The position numbers were made by a program, and so were the translations under genes. Of a stretch of 64,000 nucleotides of DNA, positions 1 to 12,900 are shown one piece after another; the stretch's first letter is position 1, and each line of letters opens with the position of its first letter. Origin of the DNA: Macrostomum hystrix (lineage: Eukaryota > Animalia > Platyhelminthes); contig CATNEN010000029.1 of assembly GCA_950097015.1 (NCBI GenBank), positions 5,456,001 through 5,520,000 of the forward strand. Reading direction: 5' to 3'. The notes beneath the pieces were generated by a model. It was not told where the DNA came from and did not search any database. It worked only from the letters and a program-made list of their open reading frames with translations.

Positions 1-1
1 C

Positions 2-1228
2 GGCTGTCAGCGCCTGTCGAAGGCTGCCGTGCTGCACAAGACGGCCGACCGGCTGCGCCGCCTGCGCGCCGAGCGGAACGACTGGCGCCTCGAGGCTAAC
101 CGGCTGCGCGCCGAGGCCAGCCGGCTGCGTACTGAGATCAGCGCCGCGTGCGAGCAGCTGCCTGCGTCGTCGATGGCGTCAGCAGCCGCAGCTTCAGCAG
201 CGCCAGAGGCTCAGCGGCTGGTCGATGGTCGGCGCTGGTTCGAGGAGACCTACGCTCGGGAGGGAGTCCTGCGCAACTGGAAGTTTTACCTTGTGAGTCT
301 GTTGTGAGCTGGGAACCGACTGTGAGACACGTGGGTTAGGATCTGGAATCATGATGAGATCAAGGCTTAGAATCCCGGTAGTCATTGACTGTGTCCACCC
401 CCGCCTTGCCGCCTGCAGTTCAGCCTGATGATGTCCGACTCATTCGACGCCTTCAACAGCAACGTATCGACTAGCACGCCTGAGAACTTGGCTAGGACTG
501 TGCTGAGCTGGACTGACCAGCACTGCAGCCTGTCCAAGCTGCGACCCGGTGAGTCACCAAACTTAGCTAACCCAGTCACAATGTCACCAAACCTAGCTAG
601 CCCAGTCACAATGTCACCAAACCTAGCTAGCCCAGTCACAATGTCACCAAACCTAGCTAGCCCAGTCACAATGTCACCAAACCTAGCTAGCCCAGTCACA
701 ATGTCACCAAACCTAGCTAGCCCAGTCACAATGTCACCAAACCTAGCTAGCCCAGTCACAATGTCACCAAACCTAGCTAGCCCAGTCACAATGTCACCAA
801 ACTTAGCTAGCCCAGTCACAATGTCACCAAACCTAGCTAGCCCAGTCACAATGTCACCAAACCTAGCTAGCCCAGTCACAATGTCACCAAACTTAGCTAG
901 CCCAGTCACAATGTCACCAAACCTAGCTAGCCCAGTCACAATGTCACCAAACCTATCTAGCCCAGTCACAATGTCACCAAATCTAGCTAGCCCAGTGACC
1001 AGTCACAATGCCCCTGAACCTGCAGCCGCGCACCGAGCCCTGACGCAGCTGTGTGTGAGCACTTGCATCCTGTCGGAGCCGGCGCAGGCCACTGTGCAGG
1101 TGATCGCCGGGGTTCACAGCGGCTGGCTGCCGATTTCTCTGACCGCCGCGTCGGCTGCTGAATCATCGGTGCCAGCTGCCGCGTCGGACGATCTAGATGA
1201 CGAGGAGAGCGACCTGATAGACGAATGA
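2..1228 (+). CDS. MLXIP: Mondo/ChREBP (MLX-interacting protein family) bHLH-ZIP transcription factor, 3' part; exons <2..292, 419..548, 1026..1228; 5' end lies outside the window
   Basis: The spliced translation reads SKAAVLHKTADRLRRLRAER...CEQLP (bHLH helix 2/zipper), then RNWKFYL|FSLMMSDSFDAFNSNVSTS...LSWTDQHCSLSKLRP|AAHRALTQLCVSTCILSEP. This matches the Mondo/ChREBP C-terminal DCD (NWKFW.FS....LFESFN..VST....W.DQ.CSL..LRP). Donors GTGAGT at 293 and 549 and acceptors CTGCAG at 418 and 1025 are frame-consistent. Confidence 0.9.
553..995. repeat. 30-bp minisatellite (cccagtcacaatgtcaccaaacctagctag), about 14.5 copies, filling a Mondo intron
   Basis: Near-perfect units at 571, 601 ... 961; the first partial unit overlaps the splice donor. 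Confidence 0.97.
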
Positions 1229-2050
1229 ACGGCTTTTGATCATTATTATTGAGCTAATTTTCCGACGACAAATCATATGTAATGTCAGTTATTGATTTAT
1301 TATCTTCTTAAATGTTATTTACTATGGATTTCGCATGATCGCCAGTTTTTATTATACAAATATTTTATTAATGCTGTTTTTCTGCACTGCTTCTAGAATT
1401 GTAGCTTTTGATTGTCGCTATCGCAGGTTTTTATCTATCATTTCATTGATTAGAGATTTCACGAAATTATTGTATTTTATAGTCAGAGGACGTAAGAAAT
1501 TTAGCTTTGTCAGCCGAGCCGTTGGCTTAATCTGTGATGCTAATTGTTTGCCGTGTTTGTTTGTTTGTTTTACGTCTATTGCGACACAACTATAACTGCT
1601 TTACTAATTACAGCTTTACTGCTTGTAATGTGCCGGTTCTCTTTTTCTTTGGTTTAGGTTAGCTGTTTTTTTTTAAATAGAGCATGCTTTGGTGCTTACT
1701 TGTTAGTAGTAAGGCTGGATTGTGAAAACTGACTGTTTGAGCTGTTTTTAAGCCCCACTTGCCCCAGTGGGTAATGCTAGATGGCGCGCGTCTTATTGAA
1801 CTTATAGGAGTGGACATTCGAAATCTAATAACTGTAATTATAACAACCTTGCAAGCTATGATGGCTGTGTAAAATATTGTCCAAATATATATATATATGA
1901 AGCACTGAAAAGCATTGTTCCTGCCTATTTTGCCAAGGTACAGCTTGTACATAATGTTAAATACAGCTGCAGTGCTTTGTACAAATTACTACTAAAAACT
2001 ACTAAGCATTTATTTTATTATTTACCGATTTAAGTATCATTCCAAATAGA

Positions 2051-2521
2051 TAGGGGGCGGCTAGCGTCGCTGCCTCGCACTCCAATGGACGCCAGTTCGA
2101 TTCTCCCTTCAAGTCACGATTAATTTCGGGACTTGTTGGAGGGTTTAGACAGTAGCGACGTGTGAGTTGTGTGCGTTGGCGCTGGGGCGTGAGGCCTTCG
2201 GGGGTGGCTGGGGGGCGGGTGTACACCGCCGCGCGCTTTCTGGATTTCCGTCAGCACGATTGGATAAGTGTACACCCGCCCCCTGAGGACTGATTTCTTA
2301 TCAGCCTTCCGCCTCCGGCTTGGTCTGCTCTGTGCGTGTGGGGCTGGGGTGGGGGGCACTGCTGCCTATTCTGGGTGCCTCCTGCCCTCCCCGGCTGGTC
2401 TGTGCTGCTGTGTGTGGTGCCTGCTCAGGGGAGGCGGCGCGATGGGCGCTAAGCGCCTAGTTCGCCGGTCTGGGGGCGTGCCGCTCCGTCGCTTGTGCGA
2501 CAAGTGCCCCGGGCCCCCCTG
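2051..2521. mobile_element. Non-autonomous hAT-like DNA transposon (MITE), 471 bp
   Basis: GC-rich island in AT-rich DNA. Termini are TAGGGGG... and ...CCCCCTG (short imperfect TIR). The 8-bp direct repeat caaataga lies at 2043-2050 and 2522-2529. An 8-bp TSD with (C/T)AGGG ends is typical of hAT elements. Confidence 0.7.
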
Positions 2522-3935
2522 CAAATAGATAGAGAAAATAGATCATTCCAGATACTCATTCAGATTTTAACCCAGATGTCATCTAAGATCGTGGCAATAT
2601 TAAGATCGTGGCAATATTAAGGCTAGTTTAGACTCACAGGTGACTTAAAGGCTTACAACACGACGATAATATAAGAGTATGCGGTTTTATTTTTTAGAGC
2701 GAAATTATGCTAAATAAGTATCGCTATGCAATTAAATAATAAATGAAGCACTAAAACACTATTAAATTGGTATTTAATTGGGAGCCTCAGATAGGCGCCA
2801 GTTTTGGGTATGGGAGAGATCGTCAAGGTAGATTTTGGACAAACCACGCAAAATTCAGCTAAAAAACAGGGCACGAAAACTTGAGTAGCCTTACAAAATT
2901 TTTTTAAACAATAGTTGTTCATTTTTGCCAAATAAATATAGCGCTATCACAATGCAAAAAAGCAAGCGCACAATGATCGAACAAGCTACTATGAGTAGTT
3001 AGAAGTCAGCTATGGCGAAGTTTAAAAAAAATAAAAACTTTGTTTTCATTTAAGCATTATAGTGAGGGACGATTAAAGAGCGGCATATTTGTGTTGTGTC
3101 CATTTTTTATAAACTATAACTAGTCTTAAAAACTATATAATTGAACTAAACTTATATTATAAATTTTGCACACAAAAAACTTACCGACTACTCACGGGCA
3201 GGTGCGGAAAAGTAGCGTAAAATAGAAAGTATAATATAAAACGTCTTTTTCAGGAAGCATTTTGGGAAGCTAAAAGAATGATTTAAAAAAGGAAACAGCC
3301 CAGTTTACCGGGAAAGAAACAGCAAAAAATGGCATAGAGATTGTGCTTAATAAAAATTGTCTGGATGTACTTCTGCAGTTGTACTTTTAGCTAGCGCTAA
3401 ATTTCAAAATTAAGCGAGCATCCAGGCCGTAAATAGAAGAGATATTAAACAGCGAATCAGTGCATCAGATAATCAGCCCGCTAGATGGGTTCTTGGAATA
3501 TAAATACGCAGCATATATCATGAGTATGAATAAGTTTATAATTGGACTCGGAAATTGTGGGACAGGATGACTGATTTTGCATAATTAAAATAAGACTACT
3601 ATGATTGGTGAAATAAATCACTACAGATAATGCAATATACGTTAAAAGTACAGGCCTATGAGTCCGCCAGTATTTAGCAATTAATTTACTAAACCAGTTT
3701 GTTATCGAATAGTAAATGATAATAACTGAATCACAAAACCAGTTTTGCGGTAATATATGGAAATATAGCGCATCGCGAAATACGGAGGTGCTAGGCGTGA
3801 ATTATAAAAAACTGTGTTTAAAAAACTAAATGGACGAGTCGGCTTGGCATCCACTCGCCAACCTGCAAGCTAATCTCACAAAAACGCTTCGCATAGTATC
3901 CATTGTAAACTGAACAGTTGCTAAGGGGATGGCGC

Positions 3936-6900
3936 CTAGAACTCCACCCTGAAGGCGGTGCAGATCTTGTCTTCGGCTTCGTCGCCCTGCTGTTGCAGCC
4001 GGATGCGGCAGTCGGAGGCGCTGGGCGCCAGGGTGACGCGCAACTGCTGCATCCGGCTGGCATTGCCGGCTAGCCAGTTGTTGAACAGCTGATTGCTGTG
4101 CGTTGGAATCAGGGTGACCTCCGGCTCAGGCCAGGCCGACTTGCCCTCCAGCAGGGCGTCTAGAATGGCTGGCTGCGGATCGCAGCTGCTCAGCACGTAG
4201 TATCTGGCGCGGACCCGCTTGAAATACTCGGCGTCGGCGTACTGGCGCTCACCGTGGCCGGGCACGTACGCCAGGTCGAAGTGCAGCGGATGCACCGGGC
4301 CGTAGTTTACGGCGGGATGAGCAGCGGCCGAGCCAGGCTTGGGTTTTGCCGGAGCCGGGGCCGGTGCGGGAGCGGGCAGGCCGAGTGGCTCGTCAACGGT
4401 GATTAGCTCGGCGGTGTCAGCTTCGGCGCTGTTAGTGTTGTTGGCATTCAGCTCCCAGGCTTCATGATGACCCTCTTGATGCACCCCATCGGCCTGCTGC
4501 TCCTCCGACTGGTGATGCACCTGCTGGAACAAGTCGGGGTACGACGCTTCAACCCTAGCCAGGTTGCTGGAATGTGGTGTACAACCCTAACCAGGTTGCT
4601 GGAATGTGGTGTACAACCCTAGCCAGGTTGCTGTAATGTGGTGTACAACCCTAACTAGGTTGCTACAATGTGGTGTACAACCCTAACCAGGTTGCTGGAA
4701 TGTGGTGTACAACCCTAACTAGGTTGCTACAATGTGGTGTAAAACCCTAACCAGGTTGCTGGAATGTGTTGTACAACCCTAACCAGGTTGCTGGAATGTG
4801 GTGTACAACCCTAACCAGGTTGCTGGAATGTGGTGTACAACCCTAACCAGGTTGCTGGAATGTGGTGTACAACCCTAACCAGGTTGCTGGAATGTGGTGT
4901 ACAACCCTAACCAGGTTGCTGGAATGTGGTGTACAAACCTAACCAGGTTTCTAGGATGTGGTGTACAACCCGAACCAGGTTTCTAAGATGTGGTGTACAA
5001 CCCTAACCAGTTTGCTGGAATGTGGTGTACAACCCTAACCAGGTTGCTGGAATGTGTTGTACAACCCTAACCAGGTTGCTGGAATGTGTTGTACAACCCT
5101 AACCAGGTTGCTGGAATGTGGTGTACAACCCTAACCAGGTTGCTGGAATGTGGTGTACAACCCTAACCAGGTTGCTGGAATGTGGTGTACAAACCTAACC
5201 AGGTTGCTATGATGTGGTGCACAACCCTAACCAGGTTGCTATGATGTGGTGCACAACCCTAACCAGGTTGCTATGATGTGGTGCACAACCCTAACCAGGT
5301 TGCTGGAATGTGGTGTACAACCCTAACCAGGTTGCTGGAATGTAAAAACGTTCAGTTTCGAGCCTCACTGTGTCAGCATCGGCGCCTGAAGTTTCAGCCA
5401 GTGAAATCTCTTCGACAGCCGCCGCAGCCTCAGGCTGGTGCTGCTCAGTCACCAGATTCTCGTCAGCCGTCGTAGCCGCAGGGGCGGCAGCCGGAGCTGC
5501 AGCAGAAGCAGCCGCAGGCTTAGCAATCTTTCGTCCAGCGATAGGTTTCGCCGGCGCCGCCTTGGCAGCCGGAGCAGCAGCTGCAGACTTGGCAGGCTCC
5601 TTCTTAGCAACGGCAGCCGGCTTGGCCGACGAAGCAGACACCGACTTAGACGCTGCCGATGCTGACGACTTGGAGCCGGGAGCGGCAGCAGTTTTGCCAG
5701 GATCGCCGGAGGATGCGACCGGCTTCTTGACAATGGGAGCAGCAGCAGCAGCAGCAGCAGCTGGGGCCTTCTTGACCGGAGCAGCTGCGGGAGCCGGTTT
5801 CGGCTTAGGCTTGGCAGCAGCCGAGGTGGCGGCGTGGTCGCCGGAGGCTGCGGGCGCAGGCTTTTTAGGAGCAGCGCTAGTAGGCTTGTGAGCAGCCGCA
5901 CTAGCCGGGATGTACTCGGCCGACTTTAGGCAGTCCAGTCCGCGGACCTTCTCCAGGCCTTCAATCACTCGCAGCTGCGGGCAGCAGCCGGGCAGCAGTA
6001 GGCGAGTCCAGGCCAGCTTGGGATCGCTGGGCCGCCAGACCAGCAGGCAGCAGAGCGAATTGGCGTGCGAAGGGCTGGCGTGGCAGAGTCCAACCCGAGC
6101 CAACTGCCAGGGCTTGCCACCGGCCGAGGCTGCCTGCGACTGCAGTTGGGCCACGAAGTCTTTGAACTCCTTGCCGTCGGCCACCGGCTGCAGCGGATAC
6201 AGGTCCAGAGCGCCGTTGCCCAGCTTGCTGTAGAGCGTCACCGGCTGCGGCTGCCCGGTGCCCAGCCGGCGCACCTCCTCCAGGTGCACGTTGAGGCCGC
6301 GCAAAAGGCGCACGGCCGTGGCCGAGTCGCGCCGGACGCTGGCCTCAAGCCGGTGCTGGCCGCCGTTGGACGCCTCATCCTCGGCGGCTGGCTTAGGGCG
6401 GCAGGGCAGCAGGGCGCAGCCCAGGGTGGGGGCGCCGCCAGCTTCCTTGGCCGACAGTCGCTCCAGCAGGGCCAGCAGTCCGGGCAGATTGTCGTGATCC
6501 CAGTGGCTCAGTAGGAGGCCGTCAAGCTGCGGGTTTGTTTATTGAGTAGGTTTGGCATTGCACTTTAGCATGCCAAACTGGAAACTAGGAAACTGGCTGA
6601 ACATGACAATGCATTTAGATTAAGGACACTGCGATGGGACTTCAGGACACTGCGATGGGACTTCAGGACACTGCGATGGGACTTCAGGACATCACGGGAC
6701 TGTCACGGGACTTCAGGACACTGGGACGAAACTTCAGGACACTGGGACGGGACTTCAGGACAACTGGGATGAGACTTCAGTACACTTGGACGGGACTTCA
6801 GGACAACTGGGGTGGGACTTCAGGACACTGCGATGGGACTTCAGGACACTGCGAAGGGACTTCAGTACACTGGGACGGGACTTCAGGACAATGTCACGGA

Positions 6901-9900
6901 CTTCAGGACACTGCGACGGGACTTCAGGATACTGGGACGGGACTTCAGGACACTCGGACGGGATTTCAGGACAACTGGGACGAGACTTCAGGACACTGCG
7001 ATCGGACTTCAGAACACTGTGACGGCACTGGAAGATGCTGAAACATCTAATATAAAAAGGACGCAACCAAGCCTAACCAACTCACCCGATCCAGGTGGGC
7101 CAGGAAAGGCCAGAAAGCCGGCGTCCTACCAGCGCCAGTATTTACTAGCAGGCCGAAACCGTCAACGCCCAGATAGCAGGAGTCGCCTAAGCCAGCCGGG
7201 AACACGTACAGAGTAGGCTTCTGAATGCGAATATTGCCAACTGTGCCAGCCGGCCGCAGGCGCTGCTCAACGCTGGCGAGGCCGCACTGTTTGCCCGCCA
7301 GGAAGCCGGCTAGCTGCACCGCGCCCGACACAGTGGCCTGGTCCAGCTCCGACTGATGGGCGGCGGCGTGCGCGCGAAACTCAGTCAGGGGCGGCTTTAC
7401 AGACTTCCAGCCAGAGCCGGCGGCATTGAGGGCGCACGAGATGGTAAAGCTGCGTGTGTTTTTAGAGGGAACTTTAGCTTTAGACTGTCAGCCTACTGCA
7501 ACTAATTGGCAGCCTACTGCAACAGACTGTCAGCCTACTGCAACAGACTGTCAGCCTACTGCAACAGACTGTCAGCTTACTGCAACTGATTGTCAGTCTA
7601 CTGCAACTGACTGTCAGGCAACTGTAACTTCAATATTTTTCGTATGCTCACCGATGATCCGGAGGTAGCGAGGCATCGGGCGCGGATCGCAGCATTTGAG
7701 CGAGACGACTGTTCGATACGCTGCCATCCTTAAGCAGCCAGTCGCCGAGTTCGTCAGACTGGCGTCCGGCGAAGACTACGTGCCTGTTGACAAACTGAGT
7801 TTGCAGAAGCCACTCGAACTGGCTGGCCAGGGTGAACAAACCCGGATTAATGACGGCGGCCACGCACAGATTATTGGAGAATACGCGAATCACCGACTCA
7901 CCTGCAGGACAGAGGAAGCCAATAATTATAATTAAAGACAATTTAAAATAATAAATCGTGACCCATTATCACAGCTTAAATGACTCCAACCAAGATTTCG
8001 GACGATTCTAACTAAGATTTCGGACGATTCCAAATAATATTTTGGACGATTCTAAAGAAGATTTCGGACGATTCCAACTAAGATTTTTGACGATTCCAAC
8101 TAAGACTATGTAAGATTCTAACCTAGATTTTCGATGATTCCAACGAAGACTATGTAAGATTCTAACCTAGATTTCGGATGATTCCAAATAAGACTTTGGA
8201 AGATTTAAATTAATATTTCGAAAGATTTCAATTGAGATTTGGGACGATACTATTTCAGAATTTGAACGCTACCAACTGAGATTGTTCATGATTCCGACTG
8301 AACTGCTGTAAGATAAGAGTTGCAGAGTATGTTGGACTGCAAAAGCTTTCGTCACAAACATCGATTTAATACTTAAGTCCCTTTTTTCACTATCGAGCGT
8401 GTCCAACTCATAGCTAGCTTACATTCCAGGTTATAATATTTACGAGACCCTAGGTCAGCATTGAAACACGGCAGATATGCTACAGACGAGTGAGAATCTA
8501 GTTTGCACTCAGCTACCAGACAAAGTTTAAGAAAAAACGCCTTAAAATGCTATTTCCGACGCAGCCAAATGTAAAGTGAGAAGAAGACAGCAAATTTTCA
8601 GTTCCAGTAAATACGAGTAAAAAAACAACCATTAACTCAGTTTTTACAGATAAGAACGGAGAGCAGGTTAAAGAAGTCTGAGATTTAAAATGCTTCGCTA
8701 ATAGCTTAACAACAAAACACCTGAAGCAGGCGTATTCACACTGCGTGAGACAGTTTTTAAGATTATTATATTACTAAAGTCTTCGTTTAAAATAGAGCAG
8801 ACCCATACAGGGTTAACAATGCATACATTTTTTATCAAAATATCGCTACTTTAATAACTAATTTAATATTAAAGTTGTACACAAAGCTGAGCTTAGACAA
8901 AAATAATCTTTGCGTATATTCCTAATTTTGAGCTACAATATTGGCAAAGCGGAGAAGCAGGCATGTGTGATAATTTGACTTTCATTTGGCTGCAATTAGC
9001 CAACTCTGTTTCATAAATTTCGAACTTGGCCAAAAACTGGCCAAATTATACAACACAATAATTTGAAGAGAGACTAGTGAGAGGGAACTAACTCAAGTGG
9101 ACATTTTGTACAGCTCGGTACACACTTTACAGTTAGCGGGAAATGGACACATCTGGACAGACGAAAAATACTTTCTGTCTCCAAACCTCCCCCCACTGAC
9201 GGACTGACTCAACCACACAGCTTTTTATTTACTGTTGAAGTTCTTTCCGATTTGAGCACACAATGGCTTGAACAAAATCTGTGATTGATTTTCTGTTCAT
9301 TGGTGAACTTGGGTCAACAGGAGCGGGAGAAAGAGAGCTACATCTAAATTACTTTACCTTTCTTTGTACGAAAAATGCTAAGCCTCTCTGTGAAATCTAT
9401 CTTTCAGTTGTTTACGAACTTATTAATATTATTATTATATGTTTATATTGCGTTCGAATTAATCTCACTCAAACGCGCACAATACAAAATAAACAAGACA
9501 ATAATAAAAACTAGGTCAGTTATCAGTCGCATGCTCAAATCGAAATTTTGAGAATGCTTCACCGCAGCAAACTATTATCAGCAAGAAGGCAGGAAAAATT
9601 TCTAAGCAATTTCTTTCGAGCAAATATGAAGAACCGCCAGAAACTATACCCACACTCCGCACACAGAGCCAGACGACACAGAACATATACTAGGCCGATA
9701 GGTACAATAAGGGGAAGGCGAGAGAAGAAGCAGATAGAGAATAGAGCAGGAATGAGAACATAGAATTGAGTATATAGTCCCACGCGCTGAGCAATCTGAC
9801 TGTACCCTGGCTCACCTCAAGTCTGACGAGTGCAATCTAGAATGCTGTCTAATAGCGTCACTATCACAATACACAAGTCTGTGCAGCGATAGTCTTTTCT

Positions 9901-12900
9901 AAATAGACAACCCCTTCAGGTCATTGGCACCTTGCTGTTATATCTGCTGTTGGTTGCGTTCAAGAAAAATACTTCTATTTATAACTATGCAACCATAAAT
10001 GAAGCTATATGCATAGGCGACTCAAAGGGACGACTGTCTGGAGTCACGGGATGATTCTTACTGGAGTCACGAGATGATTCTTACTGGAGTCACGGGATGA
10101 TTCTTACTGGAGTCACGGGGTGAGGTGATTCTTACTGGAGTCACGGGGTGATTCTTACTGGAGTCACGGGGTGAGGTGATTCTTACTGGAGTCACGGGAT
10201 GATTCTTACTGGAGTCATGGGATGATTCTTACTGGAGTCACGGGGTGATTCTTACTGGAGTCACGGGATGATTCTTACTGGAGTCACGGGATGATTCTTA
10301 CTGGACTCACGGGATGATTCTTACTGGAGTCACGAGATGATTCTTACTGGAGTCACGGGATGATTCTTACTGGAGTCACGGGGTGAGGTGATTCTTACTG
10401 GAGTCACGGGGTGATTCTTACTGGAGTCACGGGGTGAGGTGATTCTTACTGGAGTCACGGGATGATTCTTACTGGGGTCACGGGATGATTCTTACTGGGG
10501 TCACGGGATGATTCTTACTGGAGTCACGGGATGATTCTTACTGGAGTCACGGGATGATTCTTACTGGAGTCACGGGATGATTCTTACTGGAGTCACGGGA
10601 TGATTCTTACTGGAGTCACGGGACGATTCTTACTGGAGTCACGGGATGATTCTTACTGGAGTCACGGGATGATTCTTACTGGATTCACGGGACGATTCTT
10701 ACTGGAGTCACGGGATGATTCTTACTGGAGTCACGGGATGATTCTTACTGGAGTCACGGGGTGAGGTGATTCTTACTGGAGTCACGGGGTGATTCTTACT
10801 GGAGTCACGGGGTGATTCTTACTGGAGTCACGGGGTGAGGTGATTCTTACTGGAGTCACGGGATGATTCTTACTGGGGTCACGGGATGATTCTTACTGCG
10901 GTCACGGGATGATTCTTACTGGAGTCACGGGATGATTCTTACTGGAGTCACGGGATGATTCTTACTGGAGTCACGGGATGATTCTTACTGGAGTCACGGG
11001 ATGATTCTTACTGGAGTCACGGGACGATTCTTACTGGAGTCACGGGATGATTCTTACTGGAGTCACGGGATGATTCTTACTGGAGTCACGGGATGATTCT
11101 TACTGGATTCACGGGACGATTCTTACTGGAGTCACGGGATGATTCTTACTGGAGTCACGGGATGATTCTTACTGGAGTCACGGGATGATTCTTACTGGAG
11201 TCACGGGGTGAGGTGATTCTTACTGGAGTCACGGGGTGATTCTTACTGGAGTCACGGGGTGAGGTGATTCTTACTGGAGTCACGGGATGATTCTTACTGG
11301 GGTCACGGGATGATTCTTACTGGGGTCACGGGATGATTCTTACTGGAGTCACGGGATGATTCTTACTGGAGTCACGGGATGATTCTTACTGGAGTCACGG
11401 GATGATTCTTACTGGAGTCACGGGATGATTCTTACTGGAGTCATGGGATGATTCTTACTGGAGTCACGGGGTGATTCTTACTGGAGTCACGGGATGATTC
11501 TTACTGGAGTCACGGGATGATTCTTACTGGAGTCACGGGATGATTCTTACTGGAGTCACGAGATGATTCTTACTGGAGTCACGGGATGATTCTTACTGGA
11601 GTCACGGGGTGAGGTGATTCTTACTGGAGTCACGGGGTGATTCTTACTGGAGTCACGGGGTGAGGTGATTCTTACTGGAGTCACGGGATGATTCTTACTG
11701 GGGTCACGGGATGATTCTTACTGCGGTCACGGGATGATTCTTACTGGAGTCACGGGATGATTCTTACTGGAGTCACGGGATGATTCTTACTGGAGTCACG
11801 GGATGATTCTTACTGGAGTCACGGGATGATTCTTACTGGAGTCACGGGACGATTCTTACTGGAGTCACGGGATGATTCTTACTGGAGTCACGGGATGATT
11901 CTTACTGGAGTCACGGGATGATTCTTACTGGATTCACGGGACGATTCTTACTGGAGTCACGGGATGATTCTTACTGGAGTCACGGGATGATTCTTACTGG
12001 AGTCACGGGATGATTCTTACTGGAGTCACGGGGTGAGGTGATTCTTACTGGAGTCACGGGGTGATTCTTACTGGAGTCACGGGGTGAGGTGATTCTTACT
12101 GGAGTCACGGGATGATTCTTACTGGAGTCACGGGATGATTCTTACTGGAGTCACGGGGTGATTCTTACTCGAGTCACGGGATGATTCTTACTGGAGTCAC
12201 GGGATGATTCTTACTAGCGTCACGGGATGATTCTTACGCTGGCGTCACGGGATGATTCTTACACTGGAGTCACGGGATGATTCTCACTGGAGTCACGGGA
12301 TGATTCTCACTGGAGTCACGGGATGATTCTTACTGGAGTCACGGGATGATTCTTACTGGAGTCACGGGATGATTCTTACTGGAGTCACGGGATGATTCTT
12401 ACTGGAGTCACGGGATGATTCTTGCTAGAATTAGGGCGATTCTTACTAGAGTTGGGACGATTCTTTCTGGTATTGGGACGATTCTTTCTGCTATTGGGAC
12501 GATTCTTTCTGCTATTGGGACGATTCTTTCTGGTATTGGGACGATTCTTTCTGCTATTGCTTCGATTTTATCTCTAGTTGGGATGATTCTTACTGGAGTC
12601 ACGGGATGATTCTTACTGGAGTCTCGGGATGATTCTTACTGGAGTCACTGGATGATTCTTACTGGAGTCACGGATGATTCTTACTGGAGTCACGGGATGA
12701 TTCTTGCTAGAATTAGGGCGATTCTTACTAGAGTTGGGACGATTCTTTCTGGTATTGGGACGATTCTTTCTGGTATTGGGACGATTCTTTCTGCTATTGG
12801 GACGATTCTTTCTGGTATTGGGACGATTCTTTCTGCTATTGGGACGATTCTTTCTGGTATTGGGATGATTCTTTCTGGTATTGGGACGATTCTTTCTGCT

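Noticed and set aside
382-969. 195-aa ORF of GDIVTGLARF repeats
   Set aside because: Antisense translation of the 30-bp intronic array; no independent gene signals.
5370-6514. Plus-strand Ala/Gly-rich ORFs overlapping MAP1 exon 5
   Set aside because: Antisense shadows of GC-rich, Ala/Pro/Lys-rich coding sequence.
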